A stretch of 64,000 nucleotides of DNA. It comes from Octopus bimaculoides. Lineage: Eukaryota. Below the pieces are notes generated by a model. That model was given only the letters and a program-made list of their open reading frames with translations, had not been told where the DNA came from and did not search any database. Position 1 is the stretch's first letter. Each line of letters starts with the position of its first letter. Shown here in pieces: positions 53,147 through 64,000 of this stretch. The position numbers were made by a program, and so were the translations under genes. The stretch covers positions 12,689,151 to 12,753,150 of the forward strand of contig NC_068986.1 in the NCBI RefSeq assembly GCF_001194135.2. Direction: 5' to 3'.

Positions 53147-53194
53147 GTCTCTGATGAAGGGATATTCCTAATATCCCAGAAACAGCTGCAAGAC
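53147..53194 (+). ncRNA. Minimal type I hammerhead-like motif, inverted partner copy (triplet mutated to GCA)
   Basis: gtct-CTGATGA-a-gggatatt-cct-aatatccc-a-GAAAC-agct-GCA-agac, with a perfect 8-bp helix II and a 4-bp helix I. Confidence 0.6.
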
Positions 53195-53258
53195 TAACTT
53201 TCTCTTTATAAATGTGCTTATCACTGAAAAATAAACGTGTTCAAAGTTGAAAGCTACC

Positions 53259-53325
53259 AGAATAAACAAACTTGTAACTCGTTGGCAAAAATGTGTTGAT
53301 TGTAATGGTACTTACTTTGATGCTT
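53259..53325 (+). mobile_element. Mariner transposase C-terminal fragment
   Basis: Reads INKLVTRWQKCVDCNGTYFD, the canonical mariner C-terminal motif. Confidence 0.75.
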
Positions 53326-53550
53326 AAAATTTCGGTATTGTTGAAATATTTTGTGATGAATTTCATGTTTCGAAACGTTGCTTACTTTTTTACTCTGATA
53401 ATTTATAGAGATGAGTATCACGTTATTAACAGTGGAGCCACATTCAAAAACAACATAAATAGTGTAATATAAATGTTTTCTTTTCATCCATCATCATTAT
53501 TAATAAAAAACAATAATAATAATAATACATGTAGTTCCTCTGCTTCTCTT

Positions 53551-54210
53551 TCAAACATTCAATTTTAAAAAGAATTGTTTGATGAAGTGTAGCTCTATTG
53601 CTTTTCGGAATTTTGGATAATCTTTTGATCATTTGTAAAAGGGAAAGATTTTGAAATTTCCTTCACCACATATTTCTACATGCTTCCTGTTGTCGTATCT
53701 GTTGCCTGTCGATTCCTGCGCGTTGGCAGAGGGAATTGGTTGTTTCGCCAATGTAATTTTCCTTGCAGTTGGGGCAAGTAATACAGTATATGAAATTCTG
53801 CGTCTTTCAGTTCATATCCGCATTTATTCTGAACGTGAATACACTCTTGAATTTTAGAGGGGGGGGAAGTTTCTAAGTATTTAAAGTTGTTGTTGTTGCA
53901 TGTTCCACATATGCTATCTCTATATTCTTAAACGGATAATTCTGATTCATCTTCTGATGTGAAAGTTGCTCATGTGAGGTGTTTTTTGAGATTTTATGGT
54001 TGGTGTCTACTGTTTCGTAAGGGGCTTTTATCAATCAGGTCTTTCATTTTGGAGCTTTGTAGAAGCATAGATAGGGTTGATTTTATGGCGTGAAAGATGT
54101 TGGCAACCCCAGGATTATGCGTGTTAATGTAGGAACTCGTGTGTCCATTAATTTTTCCTTTGGTGTCCTTAGGTGTGTGATGCTCAGATTCACTGCCTTC
54201 GTTGCGGACA
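53551..54210 (-). mobile_element. Penelope-like element fragment: linker and GIY-YIG endonuclease (pseudogene)
   Basis: The minus strand reads ...ICGTC...FIYCITCPNCKENYIGETTNSLCQR...RKAIELHFIKQF.LKLN (GIY-YIG with YIG-E-T, catalytic R/E and terminal N), with several stops. Confidence 0.85.
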
Positions 54211-54214
54211 TTTA

Positions 54215-54252
<38 letters not shown>

Positions 54253-54328
54253 AATATCCATCCATCTATCTATCTATTCATCTATCTATCTATTCATCTA
54301 TATATCTATCTATCTATCTATCTATCTA

Positions 54329-54670
54329 TGCGGAGACCCCCTTCGGTCATGACTGACCACGGGATTGTACCTAGAAAGTTCCCTTCCAAGGCGCAAGTCC
54401 GGGCAAGGTTCTTCATGGAAGACCAGCAGTCGTCCATGCATACCAGCCTCCCCTCTCCATGCCACCGATGGAATCCAAGGGAAAGGCAAAGGGGCCGATA
54501 CAGCTTGGCACCAGTGATGTTGCAACTCATTTCTACAGCTGAATGAACTAGTGCAACGTGAAATAAAGTCTCTTGCTCAAGAACATAATACGCAGCCCTG
54601 TCCCGGATTTGAAATCACAACCTCACGGTCGTGAGCTCGACGCTCTAATCACTGAGCCATGCGCCTTCAC
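54329..54670 (-). mobile_element. tRNA-derived SINE family C (tRNA head, V/CORE-like middle, LINE-like tail)
   Basis: Reverse complement: gaaggcgcatggctcagtgattagagc...ggttgtgatttcaaatcc...tgttcttgagcaagagactttatttcacgttgc...gtggtcagtcatgaccgaagggggtctc. Confidence 0.85.
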
Positions 54671-54762
54671 TATCTCTCTATGTATGTATGTATGTATGTA
54701 TATATCTATCTATCTATCTCTATATATATATATACATTTATGTACACACACACACACACACA

Positions 54763-54798
<36 letters not shown>

Positions 54799-55254
54799 TG
54801 TGTGTCTCAGGTGTGTATGTGTACAAGAGTATTTAGAAATTAGATACGTTTAAAAAGAAGAGAAGAGAAAGAATAAAAGCTAGTCAATTAGCTAACCCTA
54901 ACATTGGTGATTTCCAAGAATTATTCCCCCCCCCCCCAAAGTGTTGAATCGGGGGAATATGTCCATATACTGAATATATTGACAATAATATTCAAGGAAT
55001 GGTGACCGAGAATTAGTAAATGTTTGCGAATAGCAAAATCTAGAGGAAAGCCAAAGTAATTACAAACAGATATGCGATCTTATCATCGATGTAGATATAA
55101 GCGCCATAAAAATGTATGTAACAACTGGGACCAAAATAATGTTCACGCAATTATGATAAATAAATTGCATTTTAGAATCTTTTAACTAATGTTAAAACAT
55201 TAAAGCTGGTTATTAAAGAAAAGAAATAAAACCTGAAAAAAACTAAATTTAAAA

Positions 55255-55496
55255 TATTATATATATATATATAATATATATAAAGATAAATATACACACA
55301 CATATATATATATATTAATATACATGTATATGTAAATATATATATATACTTACATTTATATATATATATACACACATGTCAATATATATATACCTATATT
55401 TATATATATATATATATATACATACACATATATATATGTGTATATATATATATATATGCGCATATGTATATATATATACATATGTATATATATGTA

Positions 55497-55586
<90 letters not shown>

Positions 55587-55650
55587 TTTTAGATATGTAT
55601 TTATATAAATATATATATACATATATATTCATATATATGTATGTAAACAC
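55255..55650. repeat. Long degenerate (TA)n microsatellite
   Basis: Directly visible. Confidence 0.97.
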
Positions 55651-55859
55651 ATACATAATGGTGCGCTTTGTTCCTGAACTGTAGCATCGTTCCTCACTTT
55701 TTTGCTTGTGTAACAGAATAGTGTGTATGCGCATCTGCGTGCATATGCATTGTTGTGTGTGTGCCCGTGTGTTTGTGTATATGCGTGTATGCATATATAT
55801 ATGTATATGTATATTCTCTCTCTCACATACACATACACACACACATTTACACACACACG

Positions 55860-55900
<41 letters not shown>

Positions 55901-56394
55901 NNNNNNNNNNNNNNNNNNNNNNNNNNNNNNNNNNNNNNNNNNNNNNNNNNNNNNNNNNNNNNNNNNNNNNNNNNNNNNNNNNNNNNNNNNNNNNNNNNNN
56001 NNNNNNNNNNNNNNNNNNNNNNNNNNNNNNNNNNNNNNNNNNNNNNNNNNNNNNNNNNNNNNNNNNNNNNNNNNNNNNNNNNNNNNNNNNNNNNNNNNNN
56101 NNNNNNNNNNNNNNNNNNNNNNNNNNNNNNNNNNNNNNNNNNNNNNNNNNNNNNNNNNNNNNNNNNNNNNNNNNNNNNNNNNNNNNNNNNNNNNNNNNNN
56201 NNNNNNNNNNNNNNNNNNNNNNNNNNNNNNNNNNNNNNNNNNNNNNNNNNNNNNNNNNNNNNNNNNNNNNNNNNNNNNNNNNNNNNNNNNNNNNNNNNNN
56301 NNNNNNNNNNNNNNNNNNNNNNNNNNNNNNNNNNNNNNNNNNNNNNNNNNNNNNNNNNNNNNNNNNNNNNNNNNNNNNNNNNNNNNNNNNNNNN

Positions 56395-56475
<81 letters not shown>

Positions 56476-57696
56476 GTGTTAGTCAGAAGGGAGGTTGTGT
56501 GTCCGTTTGTTTCCTAACATTTCACTCTATGTCTTTGCCTTTAATCAAGATAGAAGTATTCCGTTTCATTTATATGACCACATACATTCTTCAACCTAAC
56601 AAAACGCTCATTTTACATGCCATCCACAGGTAGCCATAGTAAGTTGTACCATGGATCTTATTAACAACTTTAAATATAGAACAGGAAAATTCTGAACATA
56701 GGTTGCCAATCGTTAATATACTGCTCCAATATTTGAGTATTTTGAACTTGTAAAAGCTCTTCACTGTCCTGGAGAAAATAATGTCGGTTAAAGCAAAAAG
56801 GAATTAAGACACCATAGTCAGCTTAAAGCGTTCCCTATTAAACCGACGGGTGCATTTGGAACTCATTAAAACTCTCAGTACCAGATACCAAGAGAGGCAG
56901 CTCTGAAATGAATAGAAGCAAAGCTTCGTTTATTGTAAATATTCAATGTTATTTACTGGTTGTACACACTGACCGGTCAGGCAGGAACAAACTCGTGAGA
57001 AGATGCACGAAGCTTTCAGGAGCGGTAAAACCATTTCAAATATACTTGGGAGATGTTTAACCTGTAAAAACATTTCACTACTGTTTGTTGTGAAGAAAAT
57101 ATTCCCGCTTAAGACAAAACCAAATATTTTTCATCCAATAATGACTAAGAGTTATGCTTCAATGTCCCAACCGATATTTTTTTATGTTACTCTCACGCTT
57201 TATGTATAACTTCATCATATGATCAGTTGTGTAGGCTAAAGTTCCTCAGTTTTTAACAAATACTACTATATGCCCTCCCCTCAACAATGGGGAATAAGTT
57301 TTGTCTTCCATGTAGGGCTTCATCGAAATTATCTTTTCAGAACATGTGGGAACCTTCTCCGGTTTTCTTGAAACAGAAATATGTTACTTTCTCCTTACTA
57401 CATCTTGCTTTTTGACTGAATTTAGTCCATGTATTCAAACCTGCCTTTGGCTTGTAATTCTAGTAGCAGAACCGCTTTAGATATCTTTCTTAATTTTGCA
57501 CGAGTATGCGCTATTGTTTCGAGTAATCTTATATCTATGTTTGAAGATTTGCATTTAGCAGATATCAAACTATGACTATCTCTGCGAATCAGTCTTCCCG
57601 GTTCACAGTGTGAAAACGTTTTACAAGCGCACAAACGAAAAATATGTGCATAGACCGTTTACAAGATGAAATCGAATATATACATACATACATATA

Positions 57697-57860
57697 GGCG
57701 CAAGAGTGGCTGTGTGGTAAGTAGCTTGCTTATCAACCACATGGTTCCGGGTTCAGTCCCACCGCGTGGCACCTTGGGCAAGTGTCTTCTACTATAGCCT
57801 CGGGCCGACCAAAGCCTTGTGAGTGGATTTGGTAGACGGAAACTGAAAGAAGCCCGTCGT
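57697..57860 (+). mobile_element. tRNA-derived SINE family B, 5' half (best copy)
   Basis: A-box/B-box-like head (gtggctgtgtggtaag...ggttcagtccc), core ccttgggcaagtgtctt...ggaaactgaaagaagcccgtcg, then (TA)n(TG)n running into a gap. Confidence 0.9.
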
Positions 57861-57887
57861 ATATATGTATATATATATATATATATA

Positions 57888-57920
<33 letters not shown>

Positions 57921-58397
57921 NNNNNNNNNNNNNNNNNNNNNNNNNNNNNNNNNNNNNNNNNNNNNNNNNNNNNNNNNNNNNNNNNNNNNNNNNNNNNNNN
58001 NNNNNNNNNNNNNNNNNNNNNNNNNNNNNNNNNNNNNNNNNNNNNNNNNNNNNNNNNNNNNNNNNNNNNNNNNNNNNNNNNNNNNNNNNNNNNNNNNNNN
58101 NNNNNNNNNNNNNNNNNNNNNNNNNNNNNNNNNNNNNNNNNNNNNNNNNNNNNNNNNNNNNNNNNNNNNNNNNNNNNNNNNNNNNNNNNNNNNNNNNNNN
58201 NNNNNNNNNNNNNNNNNNNNNNNNNNNNNNNNNNNNNNNNNNNNNNNNNNNNNNNNNNNNNNNNNNNNNNNNNNNNNNNNNNNNNNNNNNNNNTACATAT
58301 ATATATACATATATATATACATATATATATATATACATAAATATATATGTATTTGTACCCCAGTTTCACTTTGATAACATGTGCTGGTCTCTCACTC

Positions 58398-58431
<34 letters not shown>

Positions 58432-58675
58432 TGTTAGCTTCTACCCAGAATTTAAACTAAGTCAACGGTCCCACTTCTTGGGATTTTGATTTTGAATATT
58501 TGAGGATTTTTTTCCATTAAATATATAATGTATTATTAATATGGTGTTGATATATCTGTTTATTTTATCCATTAAATTTTTATAATATGTTCTATTCAGA
58601 AATATAAATAATTTATATTTATGTGCTTCAAGGCTTCATTATTTATATTAATTATTATTTTTCTTTGTCTTTCAG

Positions 58676-59482
58676 GGACTTCGTATATCGAAAAGGGAAG
58701 CCGAGGTAATCAAGAATTTGAACACTGAAAGTAATGGTCGAAGAGTGAAAAAAGCGGGTCAGAATGAGGGTTCATTGGCCCCGCAAGGCAAGGATTTGAG
58801 TAATTCTCGGGAACGTCTGCTGATGTATGCAAAGCGTATGTATGAAACTCGCAATAGTTTGGCTAATAAGGAACCGCATAAAAATGCCGAGAAACAGAAA
58901 AAAGACAAACCAGAACCTCTGCTAATCAGAAGCAAAAGACGTAATCTTGATCAACCTGAATCTACCAATCACCTTCTTGCTCGGGAGAAGCGTTTGAGCC
59001 CACGAGACCATTCTAAGAACTCAGGACACCACCACAATTCGCACAACAAAAACATGCAACATAAAATGAAAGGCAAAGGAAATTCTCATAATGATGATTT
59101 AAGGTTAGCAAAAGACCACCTTTCGGATATTGAGCAAAAACACTCTACTAAGCTGGCATCTTTCAAGAAAAATGGTGAAATGTCCCGCAGATTGAACGGC
59201 AAAAAGAATGACCACAAAGGAAAACGAGAGGATAAAAGACATCATAACAACGATCATCACAAGAAAATGAAGGCTTTTAAGAAAATAAACAAGAAGAAAC
59301 ATGATGAGCATAAGGCAGAGCATCATTTTAAAAATGGTCACTCTCACGGTAAGGCGAAGAATTCCAACAAATGGAAGAACCATGACAAGTCTAATTTTCA
59401 TAAGAACAAAAACAACAAGAAACATCTTTCCCATAAGAAACAGGATCTTACGATAGTTAAGAGGAAAGACATTAAATTCTAA
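58676..59482 (+). CDS. Terminal coding exon of an uncharacterised Lys/His/Asn-rich protein, probably a secreted precursor (GLRISKREAEVIKNLNTESNGRRVKK...KRKDIKF*)
   Basis: Strong acceptor (ttattattttttctttgtctttcAG, 58674-58675). The frame is open in phase 0 from 58676 to TAA at 59480-59482 (268 codons) in non-repetitive sequence and extends ORF 58718..59482 by 14 codons. Contains KR, RSKRR, REKR and GKR sites. No homolog recognised. Confidence 0.85.
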   Translation, partial: GLRISKREAEVIKNLNTESNGRRVKKAGQNEGSLAPQGKDLSNSRERLLMYAKRMYETRNSLANKEPHKNAEKQKKDKPEPLLIRSKRRNLDQPESTNHLLAREKRLSPRDHSKNSGHHHNSHNKNMQHKMKGKGNSHNDDLRLAKDHLSDIEQKHSTKLASFKKNGEMSRRLNGKKNDHKGKREDKRHHNNDHHKKMKAFKKINKKKHDEHKAEHHFKNGHSHGKAKNSNKWKNHDKSNFHKNKNNKKHLSHKKQDLTIVKRKDIKF

Positions 59483-59828
59483 AAGTAAAAATTTAAATCA
59501 TGGTGTAGTAATCGGTTCCAAATTGTTTGGTCAGTATCTTACTTGTGTGAATTTCCACAGATAGCTACTTTTTTTCAACGTCCATTTGTACTTATATATA
59601 TATATAAATATACATAAATATATTTCCTATTCGCTCACAGCTTGCCACCAACTGGTTCCTCCTATATTGATCCCCTGCACTTTGTTGTACTTTGCAGTTT
59701 TTATGAAGAAATCTCGTTTCATATGAACACTGTGTTGTTTGATTTTCTACAATATGAAGATATTCGCAAATTCATTTTACAAAGACAAAATATAAATATA
59801 ACAAATATATTAACCAAACGGGAACGGG

Positions 59829-59880
59829 AATAAACGATAATTGGTTCTCTTTATCTTTTCCTTTACTTTTTTCCTGCTAC
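59829..59880 (+). terminator. Candidate polyadenylation signal of the 58676-59482 gene
   Basis: AATAAA at 59829-59834, about 350 nt after the stop, followed by a U-rich tract (ttggttctctttatcttttcctttacttttttcc). Confidence 0.45.
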
Positions 59881-60222
59881 TTTGATTAGTTTTTTCACAC
59901 TAAAAACGTGCTGCGCCTTGTGGTTGTTTGCATGTTTTTTTTTTTATTGCATCGTGGTCGGGTCGTCTTCTTGTATGACTTAAAGCATCACGTGGTCATT
60001 TTTTTTCTCATCACCTTCGCTCGCTTTTGTCTCTCCTGACAGTTCTCAAGTTAAATCGTCAATGAATTCCTTGCAAAGAATGAAAGAATAAATTTATTCG
60101 CAAAATGTAATCATTAAGACTGAACGAAATATTCCTGCATGCATGTATACACATCTACACGCAAGCACACATACACATACGTGAGCACGTCTGCATACAT
60201 ACATACATACATACATACATGC

Positions 60223-60285
<63 letters not shown>

Positions 60286-61643
60286 GATGCACGACAATAA
60301 GAACGTGAAAAGTTAAAGAATTTTATGATTGTTAAAATATAAACGAAAACCTTGTTTTTATTAATAATGCTTCTAATTGACTCTTAAACAGTGCAAGCAA
60401 TATTTGGTGTGATGTTAGTCAGAATTGTATCAATCAGTTGACACTCAAACCTTTGTAGTGGAAATTTGTGTATTAAAATTTTTTGACGGGAATAAAGTCT
60501 GTTACCCCATTATTTGAAATTGTGTTGTTTTTAGCAAGGGCAACGTGTGATGTTTTTTTTTGTTTTTTTCTTATTCTGGATATCTGCTTGGTAAGTGGTG
60601 AAAAATACTTCTGCATATAGTATAGTGTATCTACTGTCTACTGAAGATGCGTGGCCTAGTGGTTAGGGCTTTCCACTCACGACCGCGTGATCATAGTTTC
60701 GATCCTTCAACCTGGTGGTACCCTACCGTTTTGAGCAAAATTCTTCATTTCACGCTGCCCTGCGATCATTTCGACATCTAACGTATGACATGCCGTCCAC
60801 CTATACAGGCAACGTCGATTTGATGGACGGAGTCAACTACTGCACAGTTCAAAATGTGATTACTATAAACAAATCATGTGATCAGGTTGTTCAGAAAAAA
60901 ACATGCAGAACCTCCTCTGTCATCCATAATGTACTGCTTTTTTGTTTGTGTTGTATTTGTAAAAGAAAATCCACATTTGTAAGCTATGTTTGAGATTCCT
61001 GGTTCTTCAAACCATATCTAAGATTAATCTTAAAGGCAAGCACTGCCATGTATCTTCCGAGATGCTATCAGTGAATGGTGAATGTAAGATTTATAGGCTT
61101 TCAGATTCTAGTCTGTATATACCTGTATTTAACGTAGTATCCATACAAATATTTGGAAAGAATACGTTTCTGACATAAAAGAGTATCGTAATTCGCTAGG
61201 AATACTGGAATGTGTCTAAATGATATAAATGTTTCAAAGAAGTCTTTGAACATTGCAGATGAAAAGTTAGGAAATAATATGTAAGGTGTGATGTTAGTAA
61301 AGGAAAACAAATGAAATATTATATTACCTTACATAGGTTGTTAAATGCTCCTATAAATATTTCGGGAAAGATTCTCTGTTTCAAACAAAAAAAGAAAGAA
61401 AACAATGAAAGAAATTGGAGAAAACAATGAAAGAAAATGGAAATTGGAAAAGTGTAGGTACCGAGAGACAAACACATCAGAATGTTCTGCCTGTAACAAT
61501 ACATTTCTCTGATTATTTTTTTTCTTCTCTTTGAAAAGTAGACTATTAAACAACCTTTGTTATATAATATCTTTCTTCATAGGATTGAGATAACTAAGTG
61601 GGAAGACTAAAGTCTGCTTTGACGATGATTTTAAATAACTAGA

Positions 61644-61852
61644 AAGGCGGTGAGCTGGCAGAAACGTTAGCATGCCGGGCAAAATGCTTAGCGGTATTTC
61701 GTCTGTATTGCGTTCAAATTTCGCCGAGATCGACTTTGCCTTTTATCTTTTCGAGGTCGATAAGTTAAGTACCAATTGCGTACCGGGATCGATCAAATCG
61801 ACTTTCCACCCCTCCTCCAGATTTTTGGGCCTTGTACCTAGAGTAGAAAAAA
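61644..61852 (+). mobile_element. SINE family A
   Basis: Full-length match to 29771-29986. Confidence 0.85.
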
Positions 61853-62870
61853 AAATTTGAAAGAATTGGAGAAATTTCGTTTGATAGAATCATACGAGTA
61901 GTTCTGATGAAGAGCAGAATGGCTTAACACCTTCATATGGTCTATAGTAAATTTATCTGTTTTAATATGAGAGAGTAAATTCATCAAACGATTTGATTCT
62001 GCGCTTGCACTTAAATATAGTCAAAATAAGCAAATAACGAGCGAAAAAAAGAGCTTCTAGGCAGCCACTCGTTCTGTGAGATATAGCAACCATATTCCCT
62101 TAAATTATTATACCGTCTTTAAAATGGAGGAACGTATCTAGTCTTAGATATACAAAAATCGGCTTGTATGATGTTGAAACATCTTTGATCATAGACTGAC
62201 TCAATATAGCCTAACCTTGGGCTAATGATACCGCAACCATCTACAAATCTTTCAGCCTAAATTTTTCTCTGTCACTAATTATAACAAAGAATATCCCATT
62301 ATATACGTTCAATTCATTACAAGCATTATTTTTCACTATTATATATAGAATCGTATACAAGTTTGAAAAATTGTATTCTACTTTCTTATCTTCAGATTTA
62401 TTTCATTTAATTGATCAGTAAACTAAATTGGGTGATAGTAGATATCCCTTTACACATTTCCTCAGCACTACTGTGTTGTGGGGCTACACATGTCTCTCTG
62501 GGGATCGAAACCACGTCTCCTTTGTCGGAGTCTTGTCATAATCATTTGCCACCTCTTATTCAGTTCAAAATTTACTTTATTAATTTTGAAGCATTTTGCC
62601 TCGATCTACTTATTGATTATCTTTAGCTGATATCGAGAATCGATCACACAAGCTTTATCTTGCCACTTTAGCACTTGAAGAAGCGACATTCGACTAATCC
62701 TTTCCGCTCAATTTAAGGAATTCAAATCTCTTAGAACCTATCCTTTTATTCATCAAATGAACGGTTTTAAATTAAATTTTATCTCTATTTTAATGAGAGT
62801 CGAACTAAAATTTAGCGATAAATGCACTTCGATTATTACTTTTTGTATAGTAATATGTAAGTTATGAAAG

Positions 62871-63295
62871 ACAGCGAGCGATAGAAACGTTAACACGCCG
62901 GGTGAAATGCTTAGTGGTATTACGTCTGTCTTTACGTTCTGAGTTCAAATTCCGCCAAGGTCGACTTTGCTTTTCATCGTTTCGGGGTCGATAAATTAAG
63001 TACCTGTTGCGTACTGGAGTCGATCTAATTGACTGGCCCCTCCCCCATTATATCGGACATTGTGCCTAGAGCAGAAAAGAATATTTGTTTTAAGGCAGAA
63101 ACGTTAGCACGCCGGGCAAAATGCAGAGCGGTATTCTGTCTGTCTTTACGTTCTGAGTTTAAATTCCGCCGAGACCGATTTTGCCTTTCATCATTTCGGG
63201 GTCGATAAATTAAGTAGCAGTTGTGTATTGGGGTCGATGTAATCAACTGGCTCCCTCCCCAAGAATTTCGGGCCTTGTGACTAGAGTAGAAAGGA
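62871..63295 (+). mobile_element. Two tandem family A SINE copies (62871-63082 and 63092-63295)
   Basis: Head-to-tail near-full copies. Confidence 0.85.
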
Positions 63296-63311
63296 ATACG
63301 TAGGTTATGAA

Positions 63312-63552
63312 GGAACCTTATGGTTAAAGTGTTGTACTCACGATTGCAAGATTGTGGTTTCGATCCCCAAACTAGAAGTTAAGTCGTGTTCTTGAGCAAG
63401 ACACTCCACTTTACATTGCTCTAGTCTACTCAGTTGTAAATGAATGACCCTACCATGGACTGCTGTCCCGTTCAGGAGAGAATGTTGTGATTTCAGTCAC
63501 TTCTACGCCTTGGAAACTAGGCAATCAGCCCTCTGATTCCTTGGACTCGAGA
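63312..63552 (+). mobile_element. Family C-like SINE (older relatives at 60648-60830 and 14885-15070)
   Basis: tRNA-like head plus gtgttcttgagcaagacact...actttacattgctc core. Confidence 0.7.
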
Positions 63553-64000
63553 CAGTATTTACTAATTGCGTTGATTACGTAAAGCAAACGTGGAAATGAA
63601 GAAAGATAAGTGAGCCTCCAGTAGTTATTCAAGACACACCTCAATTTCAAGAGACTCTTCAAACAGACATTTTCGCATATTGATGACAAAAGAAGGAGAA
63701 TGCGGATTTAGATGTTCTCTGTCTAAATTATCTTAGGTTGGATCTCAATTTGGAAATATTATTTTTTAACGAACAATTCTAGAAGAAAGCTACAGAATTC
63801 AACGGTAAACTCTCCCATATTTTACACGTCATAGATGTGGCATTATTGAAGTTAATCAGACGATAACGATATATTCATAATAGTTACTATTATGGCTTAG
63901 ACCAGTGCACATTGCGCGTTTACTGTTAAAACGGTTATCAAAAACATTGAATTTTTTATTCTTTTACTTGATGCACCGCCATGGGGTAACACCTTGAAGA

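Noticed and set aside
59105-59434. Hydrophobic 109-aa minus-strand ORF
   Set aside because: Antisense shadow of the Lys/His/Asn-rich exon.
61904-61935. CTGATGAAGAGC motif
   Set aside because: No GAAA follows the putative helix II.

Overview
AT-rich eukaryotic (invertebrate) genomic DNA with about 8 kb of N in ~21 gaps, nearly all at microsatellite edges. The microsatellite density and the SINE repertoire resemble an octopus genome assembly (inference, not checked). Most of the supplied ORF track is microsatellite or gap artefact. Supported content: (1) one convincing host exon, a phase-0 terminal coding exon at 58676-59482 (+) encoding a Cys-free, Lys/His/Asn-rich 268-aa segment with dibasic and furin-type sites, probably part of a secreted precursor whose upstream exons are only tentatively placed; (2) DNA transposon relics: a full-length mariner with TIRs and TA TSD, a deleted DD37D maT element, a Tigger-like MITE and two mariner ends; (3) non-LTR relics: CR1-type RT, two (TAA)n-associated R4/Dong elements plus a 3'-end-only copy, and a Penelope-like GIY-YIG endonuclease; (4) dozens of tRNA-derived SINE copies from at least four modular families; (5) hammerhead-ribozyme-like motifs. 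These are a head-to-head pair inside a 205-bp palindrome next to the Penelope relic, and a separate type I hammerhead inside a ~341-bp unit bounded by 30-bp direct repeats, which resembles a non-LTR retrozyme monomer. No rRNA, true tRNA gene or CRISPR array was seen.
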